From assembly GCA_030390025.1 (NCBI GenBank), contig CM059431.1, positions 121,212,001 to 121,276,000 on the forward strand: a stretch of DNA of 64,000 nt. The letters run 5' to 3'. The notes under the pieces are model-generated. The model made no database searches, had not been told where the DNA came from, and saw only the letters and a list, made by a program, of their open reading frames with translations. The stretch comes from Squalus acanthias (lineage: Eukaryota). The position numbers and the translations under genes were made by a program. Within the stretch, counting starts at the first letter, position 1. Every line of letters starts with the position of its first letter. Positions 24,339 to 38,619 of this stretch are shown one piece after another.

Positions 24339-26298
24339 ATAAATATAAAGATAAATCCCAGCTTCGATTCCCACTGCTAACTGTCTTCTTAAACCCCTCT
24401 CCCCTGTCTCCTGAACCCTCACCTCTGACAACAAGTGTGAGGAGCTCATGGATTCTTTGTCTCTAAGATTGAGACCATCCGTTCAGCTGCCTGTGCCACT
24501 TCCCTTCCTTCCCCTAGCGCACCATGCCAAACTTACTCTTATCCTAGCCCTGAACTCACATCTTTCTCCAGTTTCTCGCCGATTTCCCCTCATGACCTCT
24601 CCGCGCTCATCTTATCCATGAGACCCACTTCCTGCTCCCTCGACCCTATTCCCACCAAACTGCTGACCACCCAACTTCCTTTTCTGGCTCCCATGTTAGC
24701 TGATATTGTTAACGGTTCTCTCTCCTCAGGTACTGTCCCCCTCTCCCTCAAATCTGCCGTCATCACCCCTCGCCTCAAAAAAACAACCCTTGACCCCTCC
24801 GTCCTTGCAAACTACCTCCCCATCTCCAACCTCCCTTTCCTCTCCAAAGTCCTTGAACGTGTTGTCGTCTCCCAAATCCGAGCCCATCTTTCCCGCAACT
24901 CCATGTTTGAATCCCTCCAATCAGGTTTCCACCCTTGCACAGTACCGAAATAGCTCTCATCAAAGTCATAAATGACATCCTTTGTGACTGTGACAAAGGT
25001 AAACAATCCCTCCTTGTCCTTCTTGACTTGTCTGCAGCCTTTGACATGGTTGACCACTCCATCCTTCTCCAATGCCTCTCCACCATCTTCCAGCTGGGTG
25101 GGACTGCACTCGCCTGGTTCAATTCTTATCTATCTAATCGTAGCCAGAGAATCACCTGCAACGGCTTCTCTTCCCGCTCCCGCATCGTTACCTCTGGTGT
25201 CCCCCAAGGATCTATCCTTGGCCCCCTCCTATTTTTCATCTACATGTTGCCCCTTGGCGACATCATCTGAAAACACAGCATCAGTTTCCACATGTACGCT
25301 GATGACACCCAGCTCTACCTCACCACCACTTCTCTTGACCGCCCCCCGCCGCCCCCCCCCCCACTCCAACGGGCTCTAAATTGTCAGACTGCTTGTCCGA
25401 CATCCAGTTCTGGATGAGCAGAAATTTTCTCAGATTAAATATTGGGAAGACAGAAACCATTATTTTCGGTCCCTTCCACAAACTCCTTTCCCTAGCCACT
25501 GACTCCATCCCTCTCCCTAACATCTGTCTGAGGCTGAATCACACTGTTTGCAACCTTGGTGTCATATTTGACCCTGAAATTAGCTTCCGACCACATATCC
25601 GCAGCATAACTAAGACCGCCTATTTCTACCTCCGTAACATCGCCCGTCTCCACCCTTGCCTCAGCTCATCCACTGCTGAAACCCTCATCCATGCCTTTGT
25701 TACCTCTAGACTTTACTATTCCAACGCACTCCTGGCTGGCCTCCCACATTCTACCCTACGTAACCTTGAGTTCATCCAATACTCGGCTGCCCGTGTCTAA
25801 GTTGCACCAAGTCCCGTTCGCCCATCTCCCCTGTGCTCGCTGACCTACGTTGACTTCCGGTTAAGCAACACCTCAATTTCAAAATTCTCATCCTTGTTTT
25901 CAAATCCCTCCATGGCTTCGCCCCTCCCTATCTCTGTAATCTTCTTCAGCCCCACAACCCCCACCCCACCCCACCGAGATATCTGCGCTCCTCTAATTCT
26001 GCCCTCTTGAGCATCCCTGATTATAATTGCTCAACCATTGGTGGCCGTGCCTTCTGTTGCCTAGGCCCTAAGCTCTGGAATTCCCTGCCTAAACCTCTCC
26101 TCCTCTCTACCTCTCTTTCCTCCTTTAAGACGCTCCTTAAAACCTACCTCTTTGACCAAGCTTTTAGTCACCTGCCCTAATTTCTCCATATGAGGCTTGG
26201 TATCGAATGTTTTGTCTTATAATACTCCTGTGAAGCGCCTTGGGATGTTTTACTATGTTAAAGGCGCTATATAAATACAAGTTGTTGTTGTTGTTGTT
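24339..26298 (+). mobile_element. 5'-truncated L2 LINE inserted antisense within the older L2
   Basis: LDPIPTKLL, PISNLPFLSKVLE, LLDLSAAFD, GVPQGSILGP, YADDTQLY; (GTT)n tail; TSD GAAAG (24334-24338, 26299-26303). Confidence 0.92.
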
Positions 26299-28230
26299 GA
26301 AAGGGAGGTTAGAGACGGAGCAGTAGTTTGCAGCTTAAAGGGCACGTTCGTCAAGAGTTGTTTTTTTGAGGAGAGGGGTGATGACGGCAGATATGAAGGG
26401 GAGGGGAACAGTATGTAAGGAGAGAGAACCATTAAAAATATCAGCTAACATAGGGGCCAGAAAGGGAAGTTGGGTGGTCAGCAGTTTAGCGGGCCGAGGG
26501 AGCAGGAGATGGGTCTCATGGGCAAGATGAGCTCGGAAAGGGCATGAGGGGAGATAGGAGAGAAACTAGAGAAAGATGCGAGTTCAGGGCCAGGGCAGGG
26601 TGGGAACCTCAGAGGAAGTTTTTCTCCGTGGGCTCAGTGAGGGGGGAGGAAGTGGCAGAGGCAGCTGAATGGACGGTCTCAATCTTAGTGACAAAGAAGT
26701 CTATGCGCTCCTCACAACTGTTGGTTGGAGGTGATGGCAGAGGAAGGCAGCGGAGATGGGTTTAATCGACGGTTAGCATTCCAGGCTGATCCTGGAATAG
26801 TGAGCAGTTTTGGCAGAGGAGAGCAGGACCCATTCTTGCTTTATGTGGTCCAGCCAGGTCTGGCAATGAATAGCTAAACCAGTTGTGTCCCTTGAACTTA
26901 AGGGAGCGGAGATGAGCGCCGTACCGGGGGAATGTCCAGGGTGAGAGTGTGTAATGGTTTTAATAGGGACTAGGGCATCAGAGGCAGAGGTGAGGGTGTG
27001 GTTGAGCAAATTGGTAGCTGTAGAAATTTTGTGAATTTAGGGCAAAAGCCTAGACAGTTGCGATTTTGAAAGTGAAGTTGTACGTGCGTTGGGAGAGAGT
27101 TTTTTCCAGGGGCGGACACAGAAGAATGTAGTGTTTGGGGCGCAAGGGGGTTATGGGTGGAGAGCGATACAAGGAATTGATTAGAGATGGACTTATCTGT
27201 GATTGACACGATGGGCGTAGCGAGGCCATGTGAGATGGCAAGGTCGAGGGGGTGGCCGTGAATATGGGTAGGGGAGTTTATAATGGAGGGTGAGATTCAT
27301 GGAGGATAGGAGGGCAATGAACTCTGGAGAGAGAGCATGATGAACTGAAATGGAGGTTGGAATCACTGGGGATAAGAAGTCACATGGTGCAGAGGCTGAG
27401 GGAGGAATGCAGTGAAGAGATCTTGGTGAGAAAATTGGCATGGTACTTGGATGGGTGGTAGAGAATGAGGATTTTAAATGAGAGGTGAGAGGGGTGGAGC
27501 AAGGTGATATGCTCAAAGGAGGAGAAGAAGATGCCAGAGGAGTCAGGAGGGCAGATCAAGGTGGGATTTGCTGATAAGAGCCACACCACCACACCGCCAC
27601 CACGGTGGTTTGGGTGAGGCAAGTGGGGGAAGGTGTAGCTAGGCAGGGAGGGTTCATTTATTGTGAAGGTGTCATCACCCCTCAGTCAGGTTTCCGTCAA
27701 AGCCATGATATTGATGCAATCATCCACAATAAGCTCATGATGGCAAGGCCATTGTTCACAAGTGATTGGACATTCTGGAGGGATATGTGGAGAGGGGCGG
27801 TGATAGCTGATCTAGTGGCAGAGTCCGCAGGATCAGCATCAGGATGGGAAGGAGGGAGGAAAGATTAGCCCCCAGTGGGCGCGCTGGGTGGGAAGGCCAG
27901 CGAGAGAGTAGGATGGGGCAGTTGGGGTTGCTGCTCATAAGGGGGCAGCGACGAGTGCCTCGATGGGCTCTTCGCAGGATGCCAAGAGAGGCACAGAGGG
28001 GAGCTGTAGGCTTATCTAAGAGGGAGTCAAGCCTGGGACGGTGGCAGGAGAGTAGGAAGGTCGCGGAGTGCTGCAGGGTTGGGATAGGGAATTTGGAGGG
28101 CAGAGTACCCAAGAGGGGAGAAATGAGAGGAGGCATGACAACAGGAGGGAGGGGCCTAGGAAGGATAAAGAGAAAAGAAGAAAAAAGGTGGGAGAAAAAA
28201 GTGGAAATAGAAGTCCATTGTGGCAGCCAA
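26299..28230 (-). mobile_element. L2 LINE, 5' part of the older copy (degraded APE region)
   Basis: Continues 24338 directly (ggaaagggaggttagag); GGGV, SSFEH and ILYHPSKY remnants. Confidence 0.75.
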
Positions 28231-28296
28231 AATGCGCACGCGAATGGATGCAGGGAAAACTCAAATTACATAGGTCTGGTTATGTCACAAGATTCG

Positions 28297-29902
28297 GGGC
28301 GAGAAATTGATGTCCTTACCGCAACCTGGTAGTACCAGCGATGCATGAAAAATTGACGGCCGCCGCTCTTGCGCCATATTGGTCGCCCCCTATGTGCTGC
28401 TGGTCCGCTGACAGGGGCGATATCTGCAGCTGTTAAAGGGGCACACACATCAATCAGGTAAGTTTGAATGGAAGGGTTTGGACTGTTTTTTTTTATTTTA
28501 TTGAAATGGTGGCTTGCTGCACTAGATGTGAAAAGTTTTTTTAAGTGTTTTGGGAGTGCTGCTGGACGCTTGCAAGGGCTTGGATGGTAAGTGAACGCCT
28601 TTGAGAAGACAGAACATGCTGCGAATGCTCAGCAGGTTACGCAACATCCGTGGAGGTCACGTCTCAAGTCGACATGCTGCCTGACCAGCTGAGTATTTGC
28701 AGCATTTTACACTGTCATTTCACATTTACAGCATCTGCTTGCAGAGGGAAGAGGAAGATACAGAAGAGGAGGAAGCCAAAGAGGAGGAAGATGAAGAGGA
28801 GCAATCAGACGGAAGGATGTATCCCAGACAGCCACTTTGTGGCAGGGATATCCAAGATGGAATCATCACCTGCAGTCCCACTGGCTGGACAGGATGCATT
28901 TCTTGGGTGTGTGAAGTTGTGCTGATGGGAGGGCGGGAAGCCTAGAGGTGCATGAGAGAAGGAGGATAACGTACGAGGATACCTGCATCTTGTATCCTTT
29001 CAGCCCCGCGCTGGCCAAGGGTTCAGCCATGCCCCTGCCAAGAATGGCCCGTGCCGTCTCATCCAAGGGGGTGAGGAGAGGCTAGGAATGGGAGATGTGC
29101 CTCGTCATTGGTGCCGATTGTTGGTAGGTGACTGATTGGGGGTTGTGCATTGAGCAGTGTATGAGGCTAGTGGTTCAGTTGGTAGGTGACGTCTTTTGAA
29201 GATCCATTCACTGACCTTGACCAGTGGTCTGAGGTCATGAAGCTCTTTGGGCACTGGAGCCAGGTGGTGGGGGGGCGACACTGCTGACAGTGATGGCCTC
29301 GGTGATGTACTCCCACATTGTTCTTTCTGGAGGGCCTCCTGGCCCCTGTGTGTAGAAGGTCAGTCTTGCAGTGTTGACGCCCTGCACAAATCTGGAGTGC
29401 TGCATGTGAGAACCTGTGTGCCCCTTCCCTGGCTTGCTGAGCCATTTGTGTTAGTGCTGAGGCCGTTTTCCTATTTGTTGAGTTTAGGAAGGTAATTCAG
29501 TTTTAAGTGCTGAATATTGACATTTGGTTCTTCTTTTAAATATTAATTATTTGTTAAAAGACAGAAAGGGCTGAAAAATATATTGAATCAGTGCATTTTA
29601 TTTTCTCTTGCTTCAACATGCATGGCCCTTTAAATTTCAGAGATCCTCGCTGCCCATGATGTATTACGAGCTTCACAGCCTCAGGGAAGCAGCAATGCTG
29701 CACCAGCACAACAAATTGGTCCTGGATCCCTCGTGTAACGCCACCAGGACAGCGTTGCACCTAAGGTTAGCGCTCTGCCACCTACCACCATGCCCCCCCA
29801 CACCAATTTACCCCGTTTAGTGCGGCGGCCATTTCGGGCGGCCGTTAACAGCAATTGGCGAGGACACTGAGTGCTTTCCGGGTGAGAACGAATTTTTCCC
29901 CC
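28297..29902 (+). mobile_element. Degraded Harbinger element with Myb exon on - and acidic transposase C-terminus on +
   Basis: TIRs gggcgagaaatt / aatttttccccc; MAQQAREGAHRFSHAAL...TWLQCPKSF (29445-29215); EEEDTEEEE...GRDIQDGII. Confidence 0.7.
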
Positions 29903-30214
29903 TAGGATACATGTATCCTGGTAGTAAACGGTGAATAGAGTGGAGACAATAGGAGGGAGTCCACAGTTAAAGTCAGAGGTCCCCTGGTGGGATAAAGTTG
30001 ACATACGTAGGGTGGAGTCAGCAGGGAGCATTGGTGACCTGATGTCCAGGTTCGGAGACAGGTGTGACGGGCGAGTCAGACCAGAAGCTATTTGAAGGGT
30101 AGAGTATCGGAAGATGCACTGCTGGAGGTATTTCCGTGAGAATGAAGATTCAGGAGGTGTGCAGAATCGGTTGCGGGGCAGAAAAACGGTGGCGAAGTTG
30201 GAGGTCAAAATTGA

Positions 30215-30305
30215 GAGGTCGCACAACACCAGGTTATAGTCCAACAGTTTTATTTGAAATCACAAGCTTTCGGAGCTATCGATCGCCCCTTCCTCAGGTG
30301 AAGTA
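30215..30305. mobile_element. Penelope-like element terminal fragment
   Basis: acaacaccaggttatagtccaacag...tttatttg...aagctttcggagc...cctcaggtg, recognised from memory as a common shark PLE terminus. Confidence 0.5.
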
Positions 30306-30378
30306 GTCACCATAGAAGCGGCAGAGAACTGTACTTCAGCCCAGGAGAGTGAATCTCTGGCCAGGAACCAGACTGTAG

Positions 30379-30505
30379 CTGAAGCTGAAAAACCAGTAGG
30401 ACAGTCACAGGCTCAGCCACTAACAGCAGTGGTGGATGACTGAAGCTGAAAAACCAGTTGGACGAGTAGGACAGTCACAGGCTCAGCAGGTAACAGCAGT
30501 GGTGG
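30379..30505. repeat. Imperfect tandem duplication of ~60 bp
   Basis: ctgaagctgaaaaaccagt...ggacagtcacaggctcagc...taacagcagtggtgg occurs twice. Confidence 0.8.
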
Positions 30506-32529
30506 GGATGGGCTGTAGGTTAGACAACGTTACTTTAAAATTGAATCAACTGAGCAGCAGATCAGAGACACAGCAACTGAGTCTTAAGGTGCAGTCCAGT
30601 GTAGAAGCGTAGTCTTGATGTTCAGAGAAGTCCAGGAATTTGGAAGGCCAAATTTGAAAAAGATCCACTGCACACTGAGGAATACAAAGAGCAGGCATGA
30701 TCGGCGGATGGGCAGTGGACACATTAAACTAGCAGTTAACTTGTAGTTAGAGCTAAAATGCACTCACTATTAGAGTCAGGGGAACTTAAACAGTGGAAGA
30801 GAGATTGGGGGAGAAAGGGCAAAGGATGGCAGTGGATGGCCAAGGATAGAGATGCACAGCAAAGAGCTCCTTAGGGAGCTGCCTGTCCAGGAGCCACCTT
30901 GAAGCTGAAATGCAATTGAATTGTAATCAGCTCTATGACCTGCTCCTTAATGTCTGAGTGCCGAAGTTTCCTGCCTTTTGCAGTCATTGTGCACAAGTTT
31001 CTCCTAAAAATGGAAATTGAGTGTATTAGGTAATGGGTGGCAATTAAGGACTGTCTCATAAGTGAAATTCAACCATTGATGTATGTATGATACCATTTGG
31101 TTAAAGTAGAGGAAGGGGTGTTAATGTTGTGTGTGCAATTAATTGCTGTTGGGGAAAGATGGCTGCACTTATTGCAATATCCTTAGTTTCTGCCTCCTTT
31201 TACAATGGTACAGTATGAAGGGTTAGTTGTCGAACTATTGATTTTAGAGGGTGAAGAGTGAAGTGGTGCCCAAGGTGTCCAAGAAAGGAAAGGGAGACTG
31301 GCCAGTGTGTTACCTTGTCAGCCCTGGTCAGGTCACTGAGCTTGTTCAGATATCTGACAATGAAATAAGTGACCCAAACACCTTCCCGCTTTACTTGCTG
31401 CTACCCCAGCTTGCCGCTGCAATCTTTAGCCAGATTTGGCCTTTTAAAGGCTGCACTTTAATTTTCAAGCACCTTCAGCACAGTACTCACATTTTACATG
31501 GGATTTGTACTGGAGATCCTACAATTGATATGCAAATGAGCAGACTCAGGAAATTTTGGCAGATTCAGCTCTGCAGAGTGTTGGCTGGAACTTATCCTCA
31601 CTTATTGGTGCAAATCCGGCACAACTCACCGAGTGGAATTTCAGGGCCAGGCTTTCTACGTTTCCCAGTTAATGCCAAATTGGGTAGTTTTGTATCAAGC
31701 AATTATACCGACTAGCAATTGGGTTGAGGCTGCCAAAACTCATTTCATATAGGACTCTTATAGCTTGCAAACAGAGAAGACTTTCTTCCCATCACTCTGG
31801 GCTTGATTTGAAACTAGGCTCAGGGATGAAAGACTTTTGTCTAACCCACTGCGCTGGTTCTCTCTGAATATTTTAGTATAATAGGGCATAAGCTCAATTA
31901 TACCCAGATCACATGTCTTTCTTCTCCACTCCAGTCACGGCTTCACCCTAACCTACCAGTTGCTCAGTGCTTATTTCACCTTCCATAAAGAGTTCCAGTG
32001 TGGGATCAGTATTAATTCAAAACAGCAACTGACAAAGCTTTATTCTGACAGCACAAGTGGGAGCGAGTACGAATGGAACTGAAAGGAAAGCCCACAAGAG
32101 CAAGGAGCAAAGCACTGACTTTATTAATAAACGTTATTAAAACTGGCTGACAGCTGTTACAAGTATTGCAAAATTGTTAATTTTAACAAGCTGATTAAAT
32201 GTCACCTTAAATTTAATTTTTTTAATTACCATACATCTTTTTCATTTCAAAGATGAAAAGATGAACAGTAATTCAAATATGCATTTTATACAGTCTATTA
32301 TACAGTAATTTGATCAACCTGTTACAATGAAAGTTTTATACTTTTAGACAAATACCATCAGATTTTCAAGAGACCAATACAGTGATTGAATCAAGTTACA
32401 TTCGACTTTTCAGATATTACTTGCTGTGCCTGTCAGTGTAGGAGGATCTGCCCCTCTTTGCATCGGAGGCTGAGGAGAAGGCTGAACATGGCTTCAGAAC
32501 CGTGGGGCTCTGAACTCATACTCACCTGA

Positions 32530-33060
32530 AAAGAAGGATGTTTTCAGAACATCAGACCTACGTGCAGGCTTTGAGGACAATCTCCCAGGATGTGCGACAA
32601 CTGACAGGTGTGACTGGGAATTTGCAGCTCTCCTCTGCGGCAACATAGAGGAACCTTTGTCTTCCTTTCAGACACCAATGCAGCACACGGCAGCTGTACT
32701 GAACTCTCCTGCAGGTTCCGGGATAAGAGGCAGCCAAGGACCAACTGGGGCCTCCACCTCCATGTAAGCATAGACTCCAGTTCTAGAGCAGTGTGGCTTC
32801 AGACCTTTGTTCAGAAGGTCACAGAGATGGCAATGGAAGCTTTGGAGAAGCAAAACCTTCTGACACAGAGCTTCTCAGAGAGGTTCTCATGGGACATTTT
32901 CTGCCTGTAGAATCTTTAGTGGGGAGTAACATCTAGTCAGCTGCAGTCTTCTGCCACACTGCCTAATTCTCCTTCTCTCCAAATGCTGCAAGTCTTCTTC
33001 CTTCTCCACTATAATAGCATAGAGAGATAAGCCCATAGGGAAAGCCATACCTGCTCTTGA
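32530..33060 (-). pseudogene. Highly degraded Harbinger transposase N-terminal remnant
   Basis: RQKMSHENLSEKLCVRRFCFSK...HLCDLLNKGLKP resembles the 16240-16390 segment. Confidence 0.55.
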
Positions 33061-34319
33061 GTTGATCTGACTGTGGGGGGGTGGGGGTTCAAAAATCTCT
33101 GGGTGAGTGAGACAGTAGCACTCAGTCAAAATGAAGTGCAGGTCTCAGTAAGTGCATACCAAAAAATAACGGGATGAAAATGCTTTTTCCAGAAGCCAGT
33201 AATCATTAAGCAAAGTTTGGGGACTCTTCAAAGCTCTGATACTCCTAGCTTCTGCCTGGGTCAGATGACGGGGGGAGTTGCTGCTCCATTTTTATCTGGG
33301 TGTAAGTTATCCAGAGTGCAATCAGGGTGCAAAAGCAGGAAACTGGCTGATTGGCACTAGTATGCAAATGAGTCCGGCAGGGGGAAGGGCCCGAAAGATC
33401 GAGGAAACTTGGGGGAAGCACATTAAAGGTGCTCCAGCGGTGGAACTCACTTCCACCTGTGTTTCCTCATTTGAAATAAATCCTACACTGTTCCAGCACT
33501 GTAAGTATGTAAGGAAATTCCCATAGCATCTCTGAAATTGTATAGATTATGCCCAGGACAAACTGGCAACCATTAATCTTGAATCTTAATTTCTTACTTT
33601 GTAATATATATTCTTTAAAATGAATAAAACCACAGAGTTGAAAAGAAAAACTCAGAAAGTGGAATTCTAAAGTAAAAATAGATATTGCTGGGAAATGTAC
33701 ATCAGGTCAGTCAGCAACTGAGTGAAAATGTTACAGGGCACTTGTACAATTGTATCCTTTGAGTGTCATCCTTCACTAGAATAACTCCGATTTTGATTGT
33801 TCCTGCAGAAATTTTTGAAAATGGAGTGTTAAAAAGTTGAAAAGAATATTTTCAATATGGAGCTCACGACTGGAGATCAACATCAGATAAAAATGTAATG
33901 TAATGATTGTGGACTCTTTCCAATGAACTCCGAATTAATATAATTAACATTACAAAGGATGCACTTTGCAAATTAGAGTTCATTTTGAATCTTTGCTTAT
34001 ACTTCCAAAAAGCAGCAGCCGTTTCCAAATTTAATTGAAGCAAAAAGCAGCAATTATTGTTTAATAAAATGTGAATTCATAATGTAGCTAGGTTTATTAT
34101 TTTTAGCATTTGGGAATAAGCTGCCATTAGTTGCATGCATGTAGGCTGAACTGTGAAAGCTTCCCATTACACACAATTGTACACATGGGATCCCATTCTC
34201 ATTAATTTGAGAATACTATTTGCGTTTACTGAACACAAGATCTCAGAGGGAGAAAAGAGAAGTTGAACACATCTAGACAGTGACCCGGCCTTAGTCTAAG
34301 TGGCAAATGGGAAGAACCT

Positions 34320-35745
34320 GTGTATTTTGATCTGAAATGGATGACCTCACACTTACTTGCGTTGAAATCCATCTTCCACAGTTTTGCCCACTCATTTAAT
34401 CTATCAATGACTCTAAGTAATTTTATGCTCCCCTTTGCACTACTTAATATACCACCAATCTTTGTGTCATCGGCAAACTTGGATATATGGCTTTCTATTG
34501 TGTTATGTAAGTTATTAATATATATAATGAATCATTGAGGGGCCAGCACAGGTCCTTGTGGGACACCACTACTCACTTCCTTCCAATTTGAGTACGCACC
34601 CATTACCCCGACTCCCTGTCTTCTAACGCCTAACCAATCATCTTACCAGGTTAATAATTTGCCTTCAATTCCATGAGCTTTTATTTTACCTAACAATCTC
34701 TTACGTGGAAACTTATTAAATGCCTTCTGGAAGTCCATATAAACCACATCCATAGACACTCCCCTGTCTATTACATTAGTTACTTCCTCAAAAAATTAAA
34801 TTAGATTCATTAGACATAACCTACCCATTACAAATCCATCTCTCTCTAATTAGCTCAAATTTCTCTAATTGCTCAGTCACTCTGTCCTTAATTATAAATT
34901 CCAAAAGCTTCCCCACAGCAGATGTTAGACTAACAGGTCTATAATTTCCTGGTTTCCCTCTCTTACCATTCTTAAGTAATGGAGTTACATTTGCAATTTT
35001 CCAAACAAAAGGGACAATTCCTGAATCGAGAGAGCTTTGGAAGATTATGGCTAAAGCATCTGCAATTTCCTCAGCTACTTCTTTTAAAACCCTGGGTGGA
35101 AACCATTAGATCCTGGGGTTTTGCTGGTCTTCAGTGCCATTATTTTCTCTAATCCTATTTACTTGCTTACATTAACATTTGTGAGATCCAGTCTTTAATA
35201 AATTAATAATTTGTCTGGAATGTCAGGTATATTATCCCCGTCCTCTACTATGAAGACTGACACAAAATAATTATTCAACAAGTCTGCCATTTCCTTATTT
35301 TCATTTGTAATATTACCCGCATTTGTTTTTAACCTTGACTACCCTTTATCAGCTAATATAATTGTAAAAACGTTTTGTGTTAATCTTTTTATCCCTTGCA
35401 AGTTTCTTTTCATATTCCTTTTGTAGCTCTTACTATCTTTTTAGTCTTTCTGTGCTGTACTTTATATTTCTCCCAGTCCCCTGGATTTATGTTATTCTTT
35501 GCACTTTTATTAGCTCTTTTGAGGTAACATAAACCTCTAACCTCTTTTGTTGACCATGACTGCTAAATTTGGTGAGTAGAGCTCTTTCTCCCTTCGGGGT
35601 ATATATTGGTCCTGTATTAAGCTAAATTCTTCTTTGAACACCTCCCATTGTTCATCTATCTTTACCCGATAACAGTTTTGACCAGTTTGCTGCCGTCAGT
35701 CTCTATCTCATCCCATTAAAGTTAGCCTTACCAAAATCTAGAATC
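34320..35745 (-). mobile_element. Degraded CR1 ORF2 fragment
   Basis: Minus strand encodes KFADDTK, GVPQG.VL, MDFQKAF and NYRPVSLTS-like motifs. Confidence 0.85.
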
Positions 35746-35748
35746 AAA

Positions 35749-36705
35749 GGGGGTAATTTTTGGGGGGGTCAGCGGGCACGTTCCGTGGTGGGTCGGGTGA
35801 GAAAATATTTTTTGACAGCGGGTCGGGACTCCACTGTCAATCAGTCACTACGTGCCTTTCCCAGATGTCGGGTCTGTCAGCGCTGAACAGATCTGACACG
35901 CAGCGGCGGGGGAGAAAATTCAGGTCATTATGACTTTGTTAACAGCCAATTAAGAAGTATTTTGAGGTCTCCATTACATTTTACGAGGTCGCCCATGGGG
36001 TCTACGCTGCTCAGGGATCATGTCAGGTAAGCAGGTCAGGAGCTAGAATGACCATGGAATCATCTCATTAATTGGCAGCTGTAAATGTGCTATAAAAGCT
36101 TCCATCTTACAGCTGTTCACTTTCCAAGCTCAGAAGCTGTTGCTTACTGCATTTGGAAGACAGATTGAGCTTTATGCAGGTTGCAAGTATTTGGAGCAAA
36201 CACTCTATCAAGTGTTACCTCATTGGAACAACCTCTCTCACCATTGACAGATTGCTTCTGTCATCTCAAGTTCATCTGCCATCTATTACAAAGGAATGGG
36301 TACAGTTTATACTCTCTCACCTTGGTCCTCAGAATCTTACCATGATCAGCCGCAACACCAGACACACCAGACACATCAGCAGCACCAACAACAGCACTAA
36401 CATTCTCCGCAATCAACTGATGCTGCACAGGACACGGCATTAGCACCTGACCACATTGTTGCTGGGGAGGGCAGGCATGCCTCACCATGGCCAGATTTAC
36501 TTCACTTGATGCTGTACACCCTGGTTGCCACACGATGTGCTAGGTTGGCACCACCCCACACCGAAATCATAAAGCATCCCAACAATGCCCAAGCCATTCC
36601 TTTCACACTCATCACTATTTCGGGGGGTACCGTTATGTCTCACCATTAACTGCAACTCACTAAGCCACTTTCAAAGGTGCAGACAGATCTGTCCAAGAAT
36701 GCAAA
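35749..36705 (+). mobile_element. Left half of a family A Harbinger element
   Basis: Starts gggggtaatttt; collinear with 3990-4940; interrupted by a family B element. Confidence 0.8.
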
Positions 36706-38290
36706 GGGGAAGAAATTTGTTATAGCCTAGGAATGGGCGGTAACTTTTGAAAAGTTTGAGAATTAGCGCCAGGCGCTAATGCTTCAGACTGCATGCAAAA
36801 TTAAGACACATTGCACAACAAAAGGATTGGAGCGCTAAATCAAACGCTAATGGCCTAGCTCAGTGACGTTAAACTTGAAGCGCTGACTAATATCAGGAGC
36901 AGTCTAATCACAAGTCATCATTGGAACAGGCTCTTTCCAGTTCTTAAAGGGGAGGTTTATTGATGTTGCAGAACCTCATTCTCATCATTGCTGGCTGTGC
37001 AGACATCTCAGCCAGCAAAAGCGGGTCAAGAGAAGGAGCCGGATGACTCAAGCAGCCATAATGATTGCAGATCCACTCCCCAGGGAGAGAGCCCGCAGAT
37101 TCTGCGACCATGCATTGGAGGCCGTGGAAAGACAGATGCAAGTGGCAGGAGGCCCTCGCCGCAAGTCTTCCACACCATGAGGAGGGAGGTAGCCCAGCAT
37201 GACACAGGCAGCACTGTGGTCCCCAGGACCCACACACAGTGCAGGAAGAAATTTAATGAACTCACTTGGGTGCTCAGGGTGAGTGAATGCTTCAAAAAAT
37301 GCTACATACCACCATCTGAACCCCAGTGTGCACACACTGCCCAAAGCACCACACCCCCAGCATTCACCCACCAACAATCTCTACCTACCAACACTCACAC
37401 CCACATCTCACACCTTGCACACAATCACAGCTATTCAACTATGGCAGGCACATCACTCAGGCACATTGCTCCACACTCACTCACACACTTTCCTCCCTCT
37501 TGCTGGCCAAGGTCACTCACAACAGGAGGGAGCAGGAATGCAGAGGCGGGGGACAAGCCGACACCCAACCACTGTCTGAGCTGGAGACTCGAGTGCTGCA
37601 GATTATTGGGCGCCAGGTGGTGGGCGCCGTGGCCACCGGCGACGTTGACCCCCTTGGGGACAACAACAGTATGTTCATCTCTACTCCTTCTTCTCACATC
37701 CCACTTCCCCCTCACCCCACAAACGTTTTGCAATTTCCAGCTAATCATGCTGTATGCATGCATTTCTCCCTTCCTGCCCCCCTCCCCTCACCTTAACTCG
37801 ACTCTTGTGCCTTTAAGCTTTCAGATAATCAGCAAGCACCTGAGCAGCCTGTCCCCGAGGGCACCGTTGAGAGCGAGGTGGGAGAAGAGGAGGAGGAAGA
37901 ACACACCGCGTCACTGCATCTCTCACCCGCAGGCACCAGCTCAGATACTGGCACTACACGTTCTTTAGAGGCTAGTATAGTAGCGGGATCTGCACAGGGT
38001 GATGTACCGGGGACGAGCAGGCTGCAGCAAGGCCAGGGGGAAAGGGTAGCTCGGGAGTCAGCCCCCTGGAGGGCGAGTTAGCGCGCGAGTTCTGCCGCTC
38101 AGGACTCAGATGAGGACCTCGAAGGGGAGGCCTTTAGAAGAGGGGTGATGGGCATGCACACGGAGATGGTAGGTGCAATGGCAAGGGTGCCCTGAGAGCC
38201 TTTCGGCAATGGCAATGAGCGTGGAGGAGTCCGTCTCCAACATTGAACAAAGCTCTGTGCACACCATGGAACCCATCATTTCCAGTCTGC
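36706..38290 (-). mobile_element. Family B Harbinger end carrying a degraded spliced Myb/SANT gene on +
   Basis: Starts ggggaagaaattt...atagcctaggaatgggcggta (matches 17085-17118 reversed); QCRKKFNEL...R|gtgagt; exon 2 AKVTHNRREQECRGGG; acidic exon 3. Confidence 0.8.
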
Positions 38291-38615
38291 GTTGGTCTCC
38301 TAGGGAGGTCTCTTCTGCCCATTGGAAGGGAAGAGAACCTCCCTGTGTGCTGTGACTCCCTGCATAAGCATATGGAGGGAGTCATGGGAGAGCCTGGGTG
38401 CAGCCGTGCACCTCTGTGCAGTGCTTGTCAGTGTTTGCAACACCTCAATGCTGTAGAACACTGGCAGCACAACCGTCAAACTAAATCGAATGACGTCATC
38501 AGATCCGCTATCTTCAATTGGCCGGCAAACTCGCTGGACAGGCTTAACAAGCCCAATCAGGGGAAAATCCTTTTGGACAGCGGGATGGAGCCAGCAAAAA
38601 GATCGGGACCCCCCA
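38290..38615 (+). mobile_element. Right-part fragment of a family A element, lacking its terminal TIR
   Basis: Collinear with 5340-5715. Confidence 0.8.
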
Positions 38616-38619
38616 GCAC

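Noticed and set aside
29681..30244. 187-aa minus-strand ORF
   Set aside because: It spans the junction of a Penelope-like fragment and a Harbinger end, so it is probably fortuitous.
36988..37968. 326-aa ORF as a real protein
   Set aside because: It reads through introns and out-of-frame exons of a degraded Myb gene.
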